Shown in pieces: positions 11,213 to 22,830 of a stretch of DNA of 64,000 nucleotides. A program made the translations under genes and the position numbers. The stretch is from Eledone cirrhosa (lineage: Eukaryota), in the NCBI GenBank assembly GCA_964016885.1, contig OZ024740.1:4898001-4962000 (forward strand), written 5' to 3'. The notes under the pieces were generated by a model. That model did not search any database and was not told where the DNA came from. It was given only the letters and a program-made list of their open reading frames with translations. Each line of letters starts with the position of its first letter. Positions within the stretch are counted from its first letter, which is position 1.

Positions 11213-14200
11213 AATAATAATAATAATAATGATTTCATTTATTGGCCACAAGGGCCGACATATAGGGGACAATACAAAAGACTGGGACTGGGGACAGTGG
11301 AGTAAACAATATGAATAACAATAACAAAGTAACAAGAAAAATTACCCAATAGGGGAGATGACCACACAGGGTTCGCTCAGGTACCCCATCAATCCTGAAC
11401 GACCCAACGCTTTGAGAGCACCCGGGAAGGGCACCCCTCTTCTCCTCAAATTTACCTACCTACAGCCGCATGACCAGAGTAAACCCATTCACACGGGCCA
11501 TTCTCGCCACATTCATCCACCTTTTAGCAAATGTACTGGGGGGGCAGCACTTCTCTCTCTACCCTCACTTTCCTTTCCAGGTGAAACTTGAAGAAGTTGA
11601 TGAGGGATTGGCCGAAGAGAAAAGTGTCTGTCTTCAGTCCTTTTAATCTGGTCCACAATACAACCTCTTTCGCAACTGCCACCAGACAGAGGAAAATTTC
11701 CTGCTCTTCCTGACCTAAGGAAGGTGGCAGGTCGATCTTCACTATGGACTCGGCCGATAGCTGGATTCGTTCCTCACACGATAGTAGCTGTTCGACATAA
11801 CTCCACAAGTCAGTAATGTACGGACACTGGACAAGTGCGTGCAAAACGGTTTCGTCGCTCTGTGCGCATCTTGAGAAGGTCCGTCTGACAGCACTTCCGT
11901 GCTTGTAGGGTTTATCCCGAACTGGCAGTGCCCCCCAGTAGCACTGCCAAGCGAGGGATTTCTGGAAATTGTCCATCGTCCCCGGCTCGAAAGTCCTCCA
12001 GTACAGACTGGTCAGTTCGACTTCGTCGAGGCCCAAATCCTCTCCAAGTGTGTCATCGTACTTACCCACCACTAATCCTCTATAGAACTCGAGAGTGGAA
12101 GTTCCACTGATCGCATTGGCCACTTGGTAGAGGGCAGTGAGTGCCTGGCAACATTCCAGGTGCCAGTCACCCAGTCTCGGTCTCTTCTTGTCCCAGGACT
12201 GCAGCTCAGTCAATGAGACGAGCTGTGGAAGGGCCCTTCTGATAAATGGCGACCACACCTGTTTACGGTTTAGGCAGAATATCTGGAGATGTCGGAGCCA
12301 CAGCACATGTCTGCGCGTCATTAGCCACGGCATGCCCAACCCTCTGCATAGAGGGTGCTGGCAGCAGATGGACCGCCTCACCAATGGAACTTGTCCTCTC
12401 CACAAGAATTTGAAGAGGAGCCGTTCCAACTTGACGTGGCGCGGATGGGGGCAAGGTACGACGGTCAGGCGGTAGTAGATGACGGATGCGATGTACGCAT
12501 TCGCCACCGCCACGCGACCTTTCAATGATAGCTTCCTCCCAGCCCATTTTTGGGTGAGACTGGCTACCCTACTCATTACCTCGTCCCAATTCTTATCCAC
12601 CTGGAGGTCTGGCCCGAACCAAACCCCGAGCAACTTTACCGGTCCGTCCGTCCAGCGCCCAACGATGCTATTGGACACCATGGACTTGCCTCTCCAGGTT
12701 CCGAGTTGCAAGCCCACTGACTTTTCCGGGTTAAGTTTTGTTACCATCAACCTTTCATATTCCTCCAATAAGTTGCCGACCACCTCCATTTCTGAGGTGT
12801 CCAACACCATCACGGTGATGTCGTCTGCATAAGCCGACACAGCCCTTCCACATCCCGGTTTGAGTGGGATACCCTGCAACAGCTCCAGCTTCCGCAGTAA
12901 AGGCTCGAGAGTCAATATGTACAGAAGGGAAGAGAGAGGGCACACTTGACGGACCGATCGGGAGAGCCGAAATGGTTCCAAGAGGTGGCCATTAACCTTG
13001 ACCACCGAGCGTGTGCCGCTGTGAATTGCAGCGATCCAGCTTCTGAAGACAGGGCCGAAGCCAGCTGCTTTGAGGACAGCCTCCAGATACAGATGGTCGA
13101 CCCTATCGATTGATCTAAATTGATCAGTGCTCCACCGAAGCCAGGTTTACACCCTACCCTCTCTATGATGTATCGCATGCTGTATCGCATGTCGTGTATG
13201 GACCTGGTTGGAATTGCGCAAGTTTGCGCCTCCCCAACCAAATCCTCGACGACAAGCGCCAATCTCTTTGCTAACACCTTGGCCAAAATCTTAAACTCTG
13301 TATTGAGCAGAGTTATGGGCCTGAAGTTGTCTAATATATCCCTCTTGTTCTCGTCTTTCCTTATCAGCGTCACCACTCTCCTGCTCACAGAACTGGGAAT
13401 ACTCCCATTCGCCAGTTGCAGTAGAGTGCTTCGAGGAGATCGGAGAACAAGTCTGGCATATTTACGTAAAGCTCGTAGGGCAGGCCATCCAGACCAGGTG
13501 ACATGCGCCTCATGCAGCCGACAAGGGTGTCCTGAATTTTGGCTGAAGTAATCAGCCTTTCGCAGCGGTCAGCGTTGAGCGTCGAGATGCACGGCAAGCC
13601 GTCAAGGTAGGGACTGAAATCCGCTACTCTCTCTGACTCGCCACTCTCCCCGAACAACCGAGCAAAGTGCTGGCGAAAGGCCTCCCACATCCGCTTGGAA
13701 TCGCTTATCTCGTGTCCGTCTCGGTCCGCCAAAGATCGAATTGTGGTTTTATTACCACACTGCGACTCCGCCACGCGGGCCCATCGAACAGCTTTGGTTC
13801 CCTTGTTTCTCAGCGCATGCGCCTTAGCTCTGACAATGCAACCTTCGTGTTTCGCATTGAAGAAATGGTCTAATGCCATTCTCGTCGCTAGCACCTCAGT
13901 TGCAATGCCACTACAAATAGCCTCGTCTAACTTATCTACCAACTCCCCTCCTTTCTATTTTTCTTTGCTAAACTCTATCGAAGTTACTCTAATCTCTCTT
14001 TTGAGAGCCCCCCACCATCTGTTGTTGATGACCACCCCCACCCCCTGTCAACTTTTGCTTAACTAAATCTTTGACTCGGTCCCTGTAAGCCTTACATGCC
14101 GGAAAAGACATGTTCAGCTTCAAGTAACCCGGTCCCAACCTACGCGTTTTTTCTAGGTCGACCATTCAGATCACACATTTGTGATCTGAATAGGTGACCG

Positions 14201-14945
14201 TTTTAAAAAGTGGGCAGCCTACACTATTTCTATCTATTTTCCTAATGAAAATCCTGTCTATATACAATCTAGATGACCCTATGCGGTTGGTCCACGTCCA
14301 CACTGGCGCATTGGGGAAATCTAGTCGATACCTGTCAGACAGTTGGAACTGGCTGATTAGGTGTTCGAGGCTTTTGCACCCCCCACTCCTATCAGCTACT
14401 CCCACACAATCCCAGCATGTGTCTAAGATGCCGTTCCAGTCCCCCGCTAACAGTAAAGGGCGAGACGTACTCAGAAAGGTTTCCAGGCGCCTAAAGAAGT
14501 CCGGTCATCCGGCCCCAGTAGGGGCGTAGACGGCCACCAGTCTAAAGGCACCACCTTCGCTACTGCTCACATCCAAGACCACCAACTTACCGTCCGGGTC
14601 CCGGGAGATCGACCTTACCTCGAGATCCAGTCCTTTCCTAAACAGCACTGCCACCCCACCTCCCATTCCCGGCCTGCTAACAGATGCGAAGATCTGATAG
14701 TCGTCGAAAATGGGGGCTAGTGCGCGTGTGTCGAAAATCCTGGTCTCGGTGACGGCAATTACATCCATTTCCAGAGACCTGAGGTCGTTGAGCAGGCGAC
14801 CCTGCTTCCAGGGTCACTCCAGTCCACGAACATTTAAACTTCCTACTCTTAATATGGTCATGTTGGCAAGCTTAAAGAGAGAGGGAAGGTTTACTTACCT
14901 CCCCCGGTCTTGTGAAGGTCGGGTGGTTGACCTCCATGGTTAGTG
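11213..14945 (-). mobile_element. L1/Tx1-clade LINE, 5'-truncated, disrupted ORF2 (about 14861 to 11460)
   Basis: APE endonuclease motifs GSLNVRGL, VIAVTETR, VYAP, SDH; RT motifs SPGLDGLPYE, NFRPITLLN, RQVCPLS, AYADD; C-terminal C..C...ET..H....C; AATAAA plus (ATT)n tail. Confidence 0.92.
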
Positions 14946-14964
14946 GGGTGTCTTTTGGGAACTA

Positions 14965-15218
14965 ATGGTTGCTGATTTAGGCACAAGGCCAACAAATTTT
15001 GGGAAGGGGAAAGTTGATTAAGTCAACTCCAGTGCATCACTGGTACTTTATTTTATCGACCCTGGAAGAATGGAAGGCAAAGTTAACCTCGACAGGATTT
15101 GAACTAAAAATATAAAGGGCCGTAACTCTATGCCCCCAAACAAGGAACATAAAGGGCCATAACTCTATGCCCCAAAACTTATTGTCTGATGCGCTACCGA
15201 ATCTGTTAATCCACTGCC
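14965..15218 (-). mobile_element. tRNA-derived SINE, diverged relative with an internal duplication
   Basis: Minus-strand GTTCAAATCC B-box and GTCGATAAAATAAAGTACCAG body. Confidence 0.75.
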
Positions 15219-15455
15219 CTAATAGTAATAATAATAATAATAACAACTACAATAATAATTGAGATGGAGATGGCCATCTGTAAATCTACTCTGCCAACTG
15301 TAAGAGTAACCTTCTCATTATTTTGTCTGCTGGGACCAGGAAACATTTGTAGAACGTTCTATGATATTTTTTGGTTTATTGTATTTACAAAATAAAAGTA
15401 TATCCATAATTTCTACAGAGAAAATAAAAGAAAACATAAAACTGTGCTTACTTAC

Positions 15456-15598
15456 ATGTGACACCTTTCTCTAGATCCTCGTAGTAACCAACAATGCAAA
15501 TCTGATGTAAAAGCATTGGGTGGAATTTATCAAATGCTTGAATTTCTTTGAGACGACAGTAGATTAGGTCTAAATCCTCGCCAGTCCTGTCTCCAGGC
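15456..15598 (-). CDS. RAPGEF4: Internal coding exon of Epac (Rap guanine nucleotide exchange factor 4-like), start of cNMP-binding domain A
   Basis: Acceptor tgtcttttctag| and donor |gtaagtaag. The 143 nt translate (R)[47 protein letters not shown](L), colinear with human Epac2 [49 protein letters not shown] as recalled from memory. Confidence 0.92.
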
Positions 15599-15764
15599 CT
15601 AGAAAAGACAGAAACAAGTGAAAGGCATTTGGGGTTTTCATATCAGTAGGGGTTTGGTCAGTTAATGTTTCTATATCAGTCGGGGTTTGGTCAGTTGGGT
15701 TTCAAATCAATAGATTTTAGAAAACCTTATCCAACCATTATTCCAAAAGGTTAATGCTTTAAGT

Positions 15765-15831
15765 ACTACAATTAAAGGTTAATGCTTTAAGTACTACAAT
15801 TAAAGGTTAATGCTTTAAGTACTACAATTAA
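15765..15831. repeat. 28-bp tandem repeat (AAAGGTTAATGCTTTAAGTACTACAATT) x~2.5-3
   Basis: Direct reading. Confidence 0.8.
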
Positions 15832-16104
15832 CAGACCTCCATTGGTTTTATGGAAGAGTGTTCTAGTTATTCAATAAATGAAACAGCCTGCTCATGGAAT
15901 TAATATGAATGTAACTGTGCATTCTACGTGATTCTGAGGTAAATTCCGTGTAATGACAAGAATTGGTTTTGTAATTACAGGTAGAGTCCATCTGGTTTCT
16001 AAATGGTTCCATCTACCCAACTTCCCTCACAAGGTTAATGATACTTTTCCAAGATGCTTTGCTATAGAATTGAACCAGAGGCCTCATTATTGCAAAACAA
16101 ACCT

Positions 16105-17850
16105 CTAGTAGCCAGTGGTCAGATACTAAAGTTGTGACACTGGTAGCTAGTGGTCAGCCAGTGGTCAGCCAGAGGTTAGCTCTGCTCCATACTATTGTGG
16201 TGACACTGGTAGCTAGTGGTCAGCCAGTGGTCAGCCAGTGGTCAGCCAGAGGTCAGCTCTGCTCCATACTATTGTGGTGACAATGGTAGCTAGTGGTCAG
16301 CCAGTGGTCACTCAGTGGTCAGCCAGAGGTCAGCTCTGCTCCATACTATTGTGGTGACACTGGTAGCTAGTGGTCAGCCAGTGGTCAGCCAGAGGTCAGC
16401 TCTGCTCAATACTATTGTGGTGACGCTGGTAGCTAGTGGTCAGCCAGTGGTCACTCAGTGGTCAGCCAGTGGTCAGCCAGAGGTCAGCTCTGCTCCATAT
16501 TATTGTGGTGACACTGGTAGCTAGTGGTCAGCCAGTGGTCAGCCAGAGGTCAGCTCTGCTCCATACTATTGTGGTGACAATGGTAGCTAGTGGTCAGCCA
16601 GTGGTCAGCCAGTGGTCAGCCAGAGGTCAGCTCTGCTCCATACTATTGTGGTGACAATGGTAGCTAGTGGTCAGCCAGTGGTCAGCCAGTGGTCAGCCAG
16701 AGGTCAGCTCTGCTCCATACTATTGTGGTGACAATGGTAGCTAGTGGTCAGCCAGTGGCCAGCCAGTGGTCAGCCAGAGGTCAGCTCTGCTCCATACTAT
16801 TGTGGTGACACTGGTAGCTAGTGGCCAGCCAGTGGTCAGCCAGAGGTCAGCTCTGCTCCATACTATTGTGGTGACACTGGTAGCTAGTGGTCAGCCAGTG
16901 GTCAGCCAGAGGTCAGCTCTGCTCCATACTATTGTGATGGCAATGGTAGCTAGTGGTCAGCCAGTGGTCAGCCAGAGGTCAGCTCTGCTCCATACTATTG
17001 TGGTGACAATGGTATCTAGTGGTCAGCCAGTGGTCAGCCAGAGGTCAGCTCTGCTCGTTACTATTGTGGTGACAATGGTAGCTAGTGGTCAGCCAGTGGT
17101 CAGCCAGAGGTCAGCTCTGCTCCATACTATTGTGGTGACAATGGTATCTAGTGGTCAGCCAGTGGTCAGCCAGAGGTCAGCTCTGCTCGTTACTATTGTG
17201 GTGACAATGGTAGCTAGTGGTCAGCCAGTGGTCAGCCAGAGGTCAGCTCTGCTCCATACTATTGTGGTGACACTGGTAGCTAGTGGCCAGCCAGTGGTCA
17301 GCCAGAGGTCAGCTCTGCTCCATACTATTGTGATGACAATGGTAGCTAGTGGCCAGCCAGAGGTCAGCTCTGCTCCATATTATTGTGGTGATACTGGTAG
17401 CTAGTGGTCAGCCAGTGGTCAGCCAGAGGTCAGCTCTGCTCGTTACTATTGTGGTGACAATGGTAGCTAGTGGTCAGCCAGAGGTCAGCTCTGCTCCATA
17501 CTATTGTGATGACAATGGTAGCTAGTGGTCAGCCAGTGGTCAGCCAGAGGTCATCTCTGCTCCATACTATTGTGATGACAATGGTAGCTAGTGGTCAGCC
17601 AGTGGTCAGCCAGAGGTCATCTCTGCTCCATACTATTGTGATGACAATGGTAGCTAGTGGTCAGCCAGTGATCAGCCAGAGGTCAGCTCTGCTCCATACT
17701 ATTGTGATGACACTGGTAGCTAGTGGTCAGCCAGTGGTCAGCCAGAGGTCATCTCTGCTCCATACTATTGTGATGACAATGGTAGCTAGTGGTCAGCCAG
17801 TGATCAGCCAGAGGTCAGCTCTGCTCCATACTATTGTGATGACAGTGGTA
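16105..17850. repeat. ~63-bp minisatellite with a variable internal 10-bp subunit (AGTGGTCAGCC-like)
   Basis: About 27 units such as GGTAGCTAGTGGTCAGCCAGTGGTCAGCCAGAGGTCAGCTCTGCTCCATACTATTGTGGTGACA. Confidence 0.95.
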
Positions 17851-18577
17851 GACAACGAAACTGTGAGTCAGAAAGAAATGTAATATAAATAAATAATATA
17901 TTGTGTGGTATATGGAGTATGAAGTAAGTCTTGTTGGTTTAAGAACATGTGTGATCTTTAAAGGTCATTTAGGGTGGTACATGTGATAGGTGTGATACAG
18001 GTGGTACAGGTGATACAGGTGAGAGATATAGGTGGAGATGTCTGTTGATGTTCAGTGGATAACATTGGAAGAGATGAAGGAAGAGAGAAGAAAGGAAGTA
18101 AAGATGTCACGTTTCGTCTCTATTGAAATGTAATATGGAGAGATGTAATGTAGTCATATCAGCACATCTTATATATAATATATGACATAGAGATGTTATG
18201 ATGATGGTGGTGGTGGTGATGGTGATGGTGGTGATGGTGATGCTGATGGTGATGGTGATGGTGGTGGTGAGGGTGATGGTAGTGGTGGTGGTGATGGTGG
18301 TGGTGTTTTCTATATATGTAGAACCCTGGTAGAGTTAGGCATGGTCATATTCTTTTCCATTTGATCAATTACCAACATGTGTTCTTTGTAACTGGTCAGG
18401 TCTGGCTTTCTCTTTGATGTGATGTTACACATCACTAGAAGTTGAAAACTACTACATTCCCTTGCAACCAGTAACTGGAGGTACTAACACGCCATATGGA
18501 TCATTCCATTACATGGAGGCTAACTCCTGCTGATGATACAGTTCCTTGCCAAATTACGTAATGTATAATAATATTAC

Positions 18578-18612
18578 CTAATATTCTGCACATGGTTGTT
18601 CCACTCGGCCAT
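18578..18612 (-). CDS. Candidate first coding exon of Epac (MAEWNNHVQNI-R)
   Basis: ATG GCC GAG TGG...ATT AG|gtaata gives a phase-2 junction that makes Arg with the next exon, and AEW matches Epac2. It lacks the CLDK residues and is one residue longer than expected. Confidence 0.35.
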
Positions 18613-18804
18613 TTATCGCTCGTATACAGGAAACTGACTGGCCAGTCTGCTGATATGCAAATCTGGTTGATCAGTGGATCTGCTAATATGCAGATCTGAC
18701 TGATCAACCAGTCTGCTAATATGCAAATCAGGCAGATTAGACACTGTGTATTTTTTAAAATAGCATATATTTTCACTAGCTCTGACAGTTGGCAGGTGAA
18801 CAGT

Positions 18805-18854
18805 GAGCTGCACTGATGAAGGGTGATATCCAGAAACATTAGTGTCTGCAGTTC
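18805..18854 (+). ncRNA. Type I hammerhead ribozyme (GUC site)
   Basis: Stem I GAGCTGCA/TGCAGTTC (8 bp), CTGATGA, stem II GGGT/ATCC, GAAAC, stem III ACA/TGT, GTC. Confidence 0.85.
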
Positions 18855-19021
18855 TGTTTGTATGCCAACACAAGAACAAGAATGAAGTGTTCATTCTACT
18901 GACATGGCTATAGAATTGAGGCTTGTTTGCAAAATTGCAAACGAATCGAATGTTATTATCAATATTTGAAAAACTCAGATTACATTTATTGTATTCAGCC
19001 ATGTAGAGCGAAAATGTTTTT

Positions 19022-19102
<81 letters not shown>

Positions 19103-19476
19103 AATATAGATGAGATTCTACAGGACTACAGTCCTGTAGAATCTCATCTATATTAAAACTTTTATACTCTGAAATGTATTGAGTACCTTACTTACTGTGG
19201 TTACCTCCGATTCAACCCGTAATAACGTATATATATATATATATATATATAATAAAAAACATTTTCGCTCTACATTTAATATTCTATCATTCAATTAACA
19301 CTTAGAATTTAATATTCTATCATTCTATTTCATTATAATACCATTATAAATTTTAAAGGATTGTAAATAAAACGAGTAAATCAGACAAAGTTGGAATTCC
19401 TTTTATTAATATAATCTTCTATACACAATCATACACACCCGTGTATATTTATCTATCTATCTATATATATATATTA

Positions 19477-20325
19477 GCAGGTGCGACGACGCCCTCGGAG
19501 AAGCCCTAGGCATGGAGGAAGACGAACTGGCAAACCTGTTCGGTAGGACATTCAGCCCGGGACCCATGGATAACTTCCAGAGGTCCCTGGCCTAGCAATG
19601 CTACAGAAGGGCTCTGCCCGTTCGAGAAAGGCTCTACAGACACGGGCGCCCGGGTAGGGACCCCTCGAAAAAGATCTGTCCCAGATGCGTGTGCGACGAG
19701 GAAACCGTTGCACACGCATTGGTACACTGCTCGGGCATTGCCGATCTGTGGGGCTATGTCGAACAACTGCTGTCAAGGGTGGGACCGCAAGCCGCCTCCC
19801 CTCTTCAAAAACGAAGGAGAGGCGGTGTTTCTGTGCGTAATAGCCATGGCGAAAGAGGTTGTATGGTGGACGCGTCTGAAAGGACTGAGGTCAGACACCT
19901 TTCTCTCTGGCCAACAACTGGTCCGTTTCTTCCGATATCATTTCGGAAGAAGGATCAGGATGGAGAGAGAGGTGCTGCACCCCAGTCGTTTTTATGAAAA
20001 GTGGGTGAAAGTGGCGAGAATGGCCCGTGTGAATGGGCCTTCACTCTACATCAGACTATAGGTGAGGAAGATGAAAGACCAAGGGAGCACTCCTTCTCTG
20101 TGCTCCTGAGGAAAAGGGTTGCACACTTTTTTTCGGGGGTGTGTGCGACCCCCCAAGGCGCCTCCTCTCTATTGAGGATTTTGTTATAAATTTTATTCTG
20201 TTATATTTTATTTTATTTTTATATTTTGTTATTGCCTCCTCCTTATTCAGGACGCCTTGTTTTGTAAACTCCCCCCATTGTACTTATCCCACTTTTGATG
20301 CCCTGGTGGCAAATAAAAGAAACAT
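19477..20325 (+). mobile_element. L1/Tx1 3' fragment (relative of 11213-14945)
   Basis: DEETVAHALVHC, AKEVVWWTRLKGL and KWVKVARM match the minus-strand element; AATAAA near 20311. Confidence 0.88.
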
Positions 20326-20334
20326 ATCTATCTA

Positions 20335-20376
<42 letters not shown>

Positions 20377-20771
20377 AATGTAATCTGAGAGTGATGCTCC
20401 TGTTGGATTTCCCTTCAATTTAGTATTATAATTTCCCAGTTGGTTAGTTTAATTCGACCCCAGCACTAATGACCAAATAATCCATGCCCCCTTCTCCCCC
20501 ACCACTCATCGCCCTCTCAAATCACATCTCACTTGCCCTACCTATCACCTCCCCCACCGGTGGTTGCTGACTTTTACATTCATTTAAATTAGTTACAATA
20601 ATTTTTTTTTCCATATTTTCTTTCAACAGTATCAAATATATATCCACTAAATTCCATTGATTGGTTCTATTTTCTGACTGTTATTAGGTTTGTGCTTTGT
20701 TGTTATTGTTCTTGTCCAAAGATAGGTACACTGGTAAATATATATAAATAGATAGATAGACAAACAGAAAG

Positions 20772-21310
20772 ATGGGTTGGAAGAAGTTTAGGGAGCTGCT
20801 TCCTCTGTTGACAAAGAAAGGTTTCTCCCTTCAAATGAAAGGCCAGTTATATGATGCCTGCGTGAGATGTGCTTTACTGCATGGTAGTGAGACATGGGCA
20901 GCAACTGCAGAGGATATGCGACAGCTGGAGAGAAATGATGCAACCATGCTCTGATGGATGTGCAAAGTCAATGTGACTGAACGACCAAGCATAGATGAGT
21001 TGAGAGAGAAACTGTGTATAAGAGGGATAAGTTGTAGTGTGCGGGAGAGGAGACTGAGATGGTTTGGACATATGATGCACATGGAGGATGACCGCTGGGT
21101 AAAGAAATACAAAGAAATCCCAGTTGAAGGAAGACACAGTAGAGGAAGACCACGAAAATCATGGGCGGAGGTTGTGAGAGCTGACCTCAGATCGGTGAAA
21201 GTCACGGAGGAGATGACGAAGGACTGTGACAAGTGGAGAGATGTTGTGCTGAATAGGACCCGTCCCAAACTTGCAAGCAGGGAAAAGCGGTCGTAAAATG
21301 ATGATGATTG
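20772..21310 (+). mobile_element. RTE-clade LINE 3' fragment
   Basis: LLHGSETW, RRLRWFGH, RGRPRKSW; (ATG)n tail. Confidence 0.9.
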
Positions 21311-21872
21311 ATATATATATATATATCTCCTAGACTTAATGATTAATTGATTAATTTAATTAGACAATTCTATTGATTGGTTAATTATTTATGTTTGTTT
21401 AATAACGTCTGGTCAAGAGTTTTATTCAGTTTGGGGAAAGGAATTTATTCCTTTGTTCAAAATTTGAATTTTGACCGCCAAAAACCGGCGGTTACTGCTA
21501 AAACTCACACCCGGCAGCAGCAGAGAACGGATACCTGTTGAGAAAGTGAAACCTCTTCAATCTTCCAAAACCAATAATTTGCATACCCTGCAAATGGATT
21601 TTGTTGATTTCGGATTCACAGAAACCTAGCAGAGATATTGCTTAATATTGACGGGATGGTCGAGGTTTGTCAAATTATGCTGAGTCGGTTTTCTCATTGC
21701 TTTGGTCCCTGCGGCTGGCTTACCGGTCGCAGTCTTCAATTTTCCAAGCTGTCTAAACATAATGTTATTACTCTAAGGTAAAATACCTTATTGAGTGCTT
21801 AGCTGCACATTCCGATTGCATTCGTTAGCTTAGCTGCAGCCAGAGCTTCGATTATGTTGAACTTCCATTTGG

Positions 21873-21912
<40 letters not shown>

Positions 21913-22025
21913 TGAGAGAGGGAGAGAGAGAGAGAATATAGTACCTACTTCCTATATAAAGACACGCCCTTTAATCTGTATATATATATAAGTATATATA
22001 TATATATATAAATATATATATATAT

Positions 22026-22660
22026 AGTTTTAATATAGATGAGATTCTACAGGACTAGAACTGTTTCATTCTTTAGAAATCATCAGGAATCTGGCTTTCC
22101 AAAAATAAATGTTGTGGTATTTATATCTTTTCAGGTGGTAGGAGAAGGTGGGGAGTGGGATGGGTGGAGGTCATTGGTTGAAAGAAAAGGGAATTCATTA
22201 AAAGCTAATTCTTTAAGGCTATAATTTATATTTAGAGTGACAAAGGCAGAAAGGCAGAAAGAATTCTATAAACAAGTTCAGAATGGGGTGCCACTCCTTA
22301 TTTTTAAGTTTCTCTTAAGCTAATAATTGTTTCTACTTTAGGCACAAGGCCAGCAATACACAGTGCATTACTGGTACTTTATTTTATCGACCCCGTAAGG
22401 ATGAAAGGCAAAGTCAACCTCGGCAGGATTTGAACTCAGTATATTTCAGGTGTCTATAAGATGGTTGAGGGTCGGTCATCGTTGATGGATTTAAAGAAAA
22501 GGGAAATTCTTTAAAAGCTAATTTTTTAAAGCTCTACTTAGAGAGACAAAGGCTAAGAGAATTTTATAAACGAGTTCAAAATATTGGGTGCCTATCAAAT
22601 CATTATTGTCATATTTCTCTTAAGCTATATTCCAGGTGTCAACAGACACATTCACATACA
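22026..22660 (-). mobile_element. Composite non-autonomous unit (PLE-type terminal repeat + hammerhead + partial SINE); inverted paralog of 42273-42990
   Basis: Near-identical reverse complement of 42273-42915; both produce the same 61-aa spurious ORF. Confidence 0.75.
22042..22092 (-). ncRNA. Type I hammerhead ribozyme (GUA site)
   Basis: Minus strand AGATTC-CTGATGA-TTTC TAAA GAAT-GAAACAG ttctagtc CTGTA-GAATCT. Confidence 0.8.
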
Positions 22661-22699
22661 CACACATATATATATATATATACATATATATACATACAT

Positions 22700-22790
<91 letters not shown>

Positions 22791-22830
22791 TATATATATA
22801 CACATACACACACACACATATATATCATAA

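Noticed and set aside
18530-18655. Second hammerhead spanning CTGATGA (18530) to GAAACTG...CAGTC
   Set aside because: Stem I does not pair and there is no convincing stem II.
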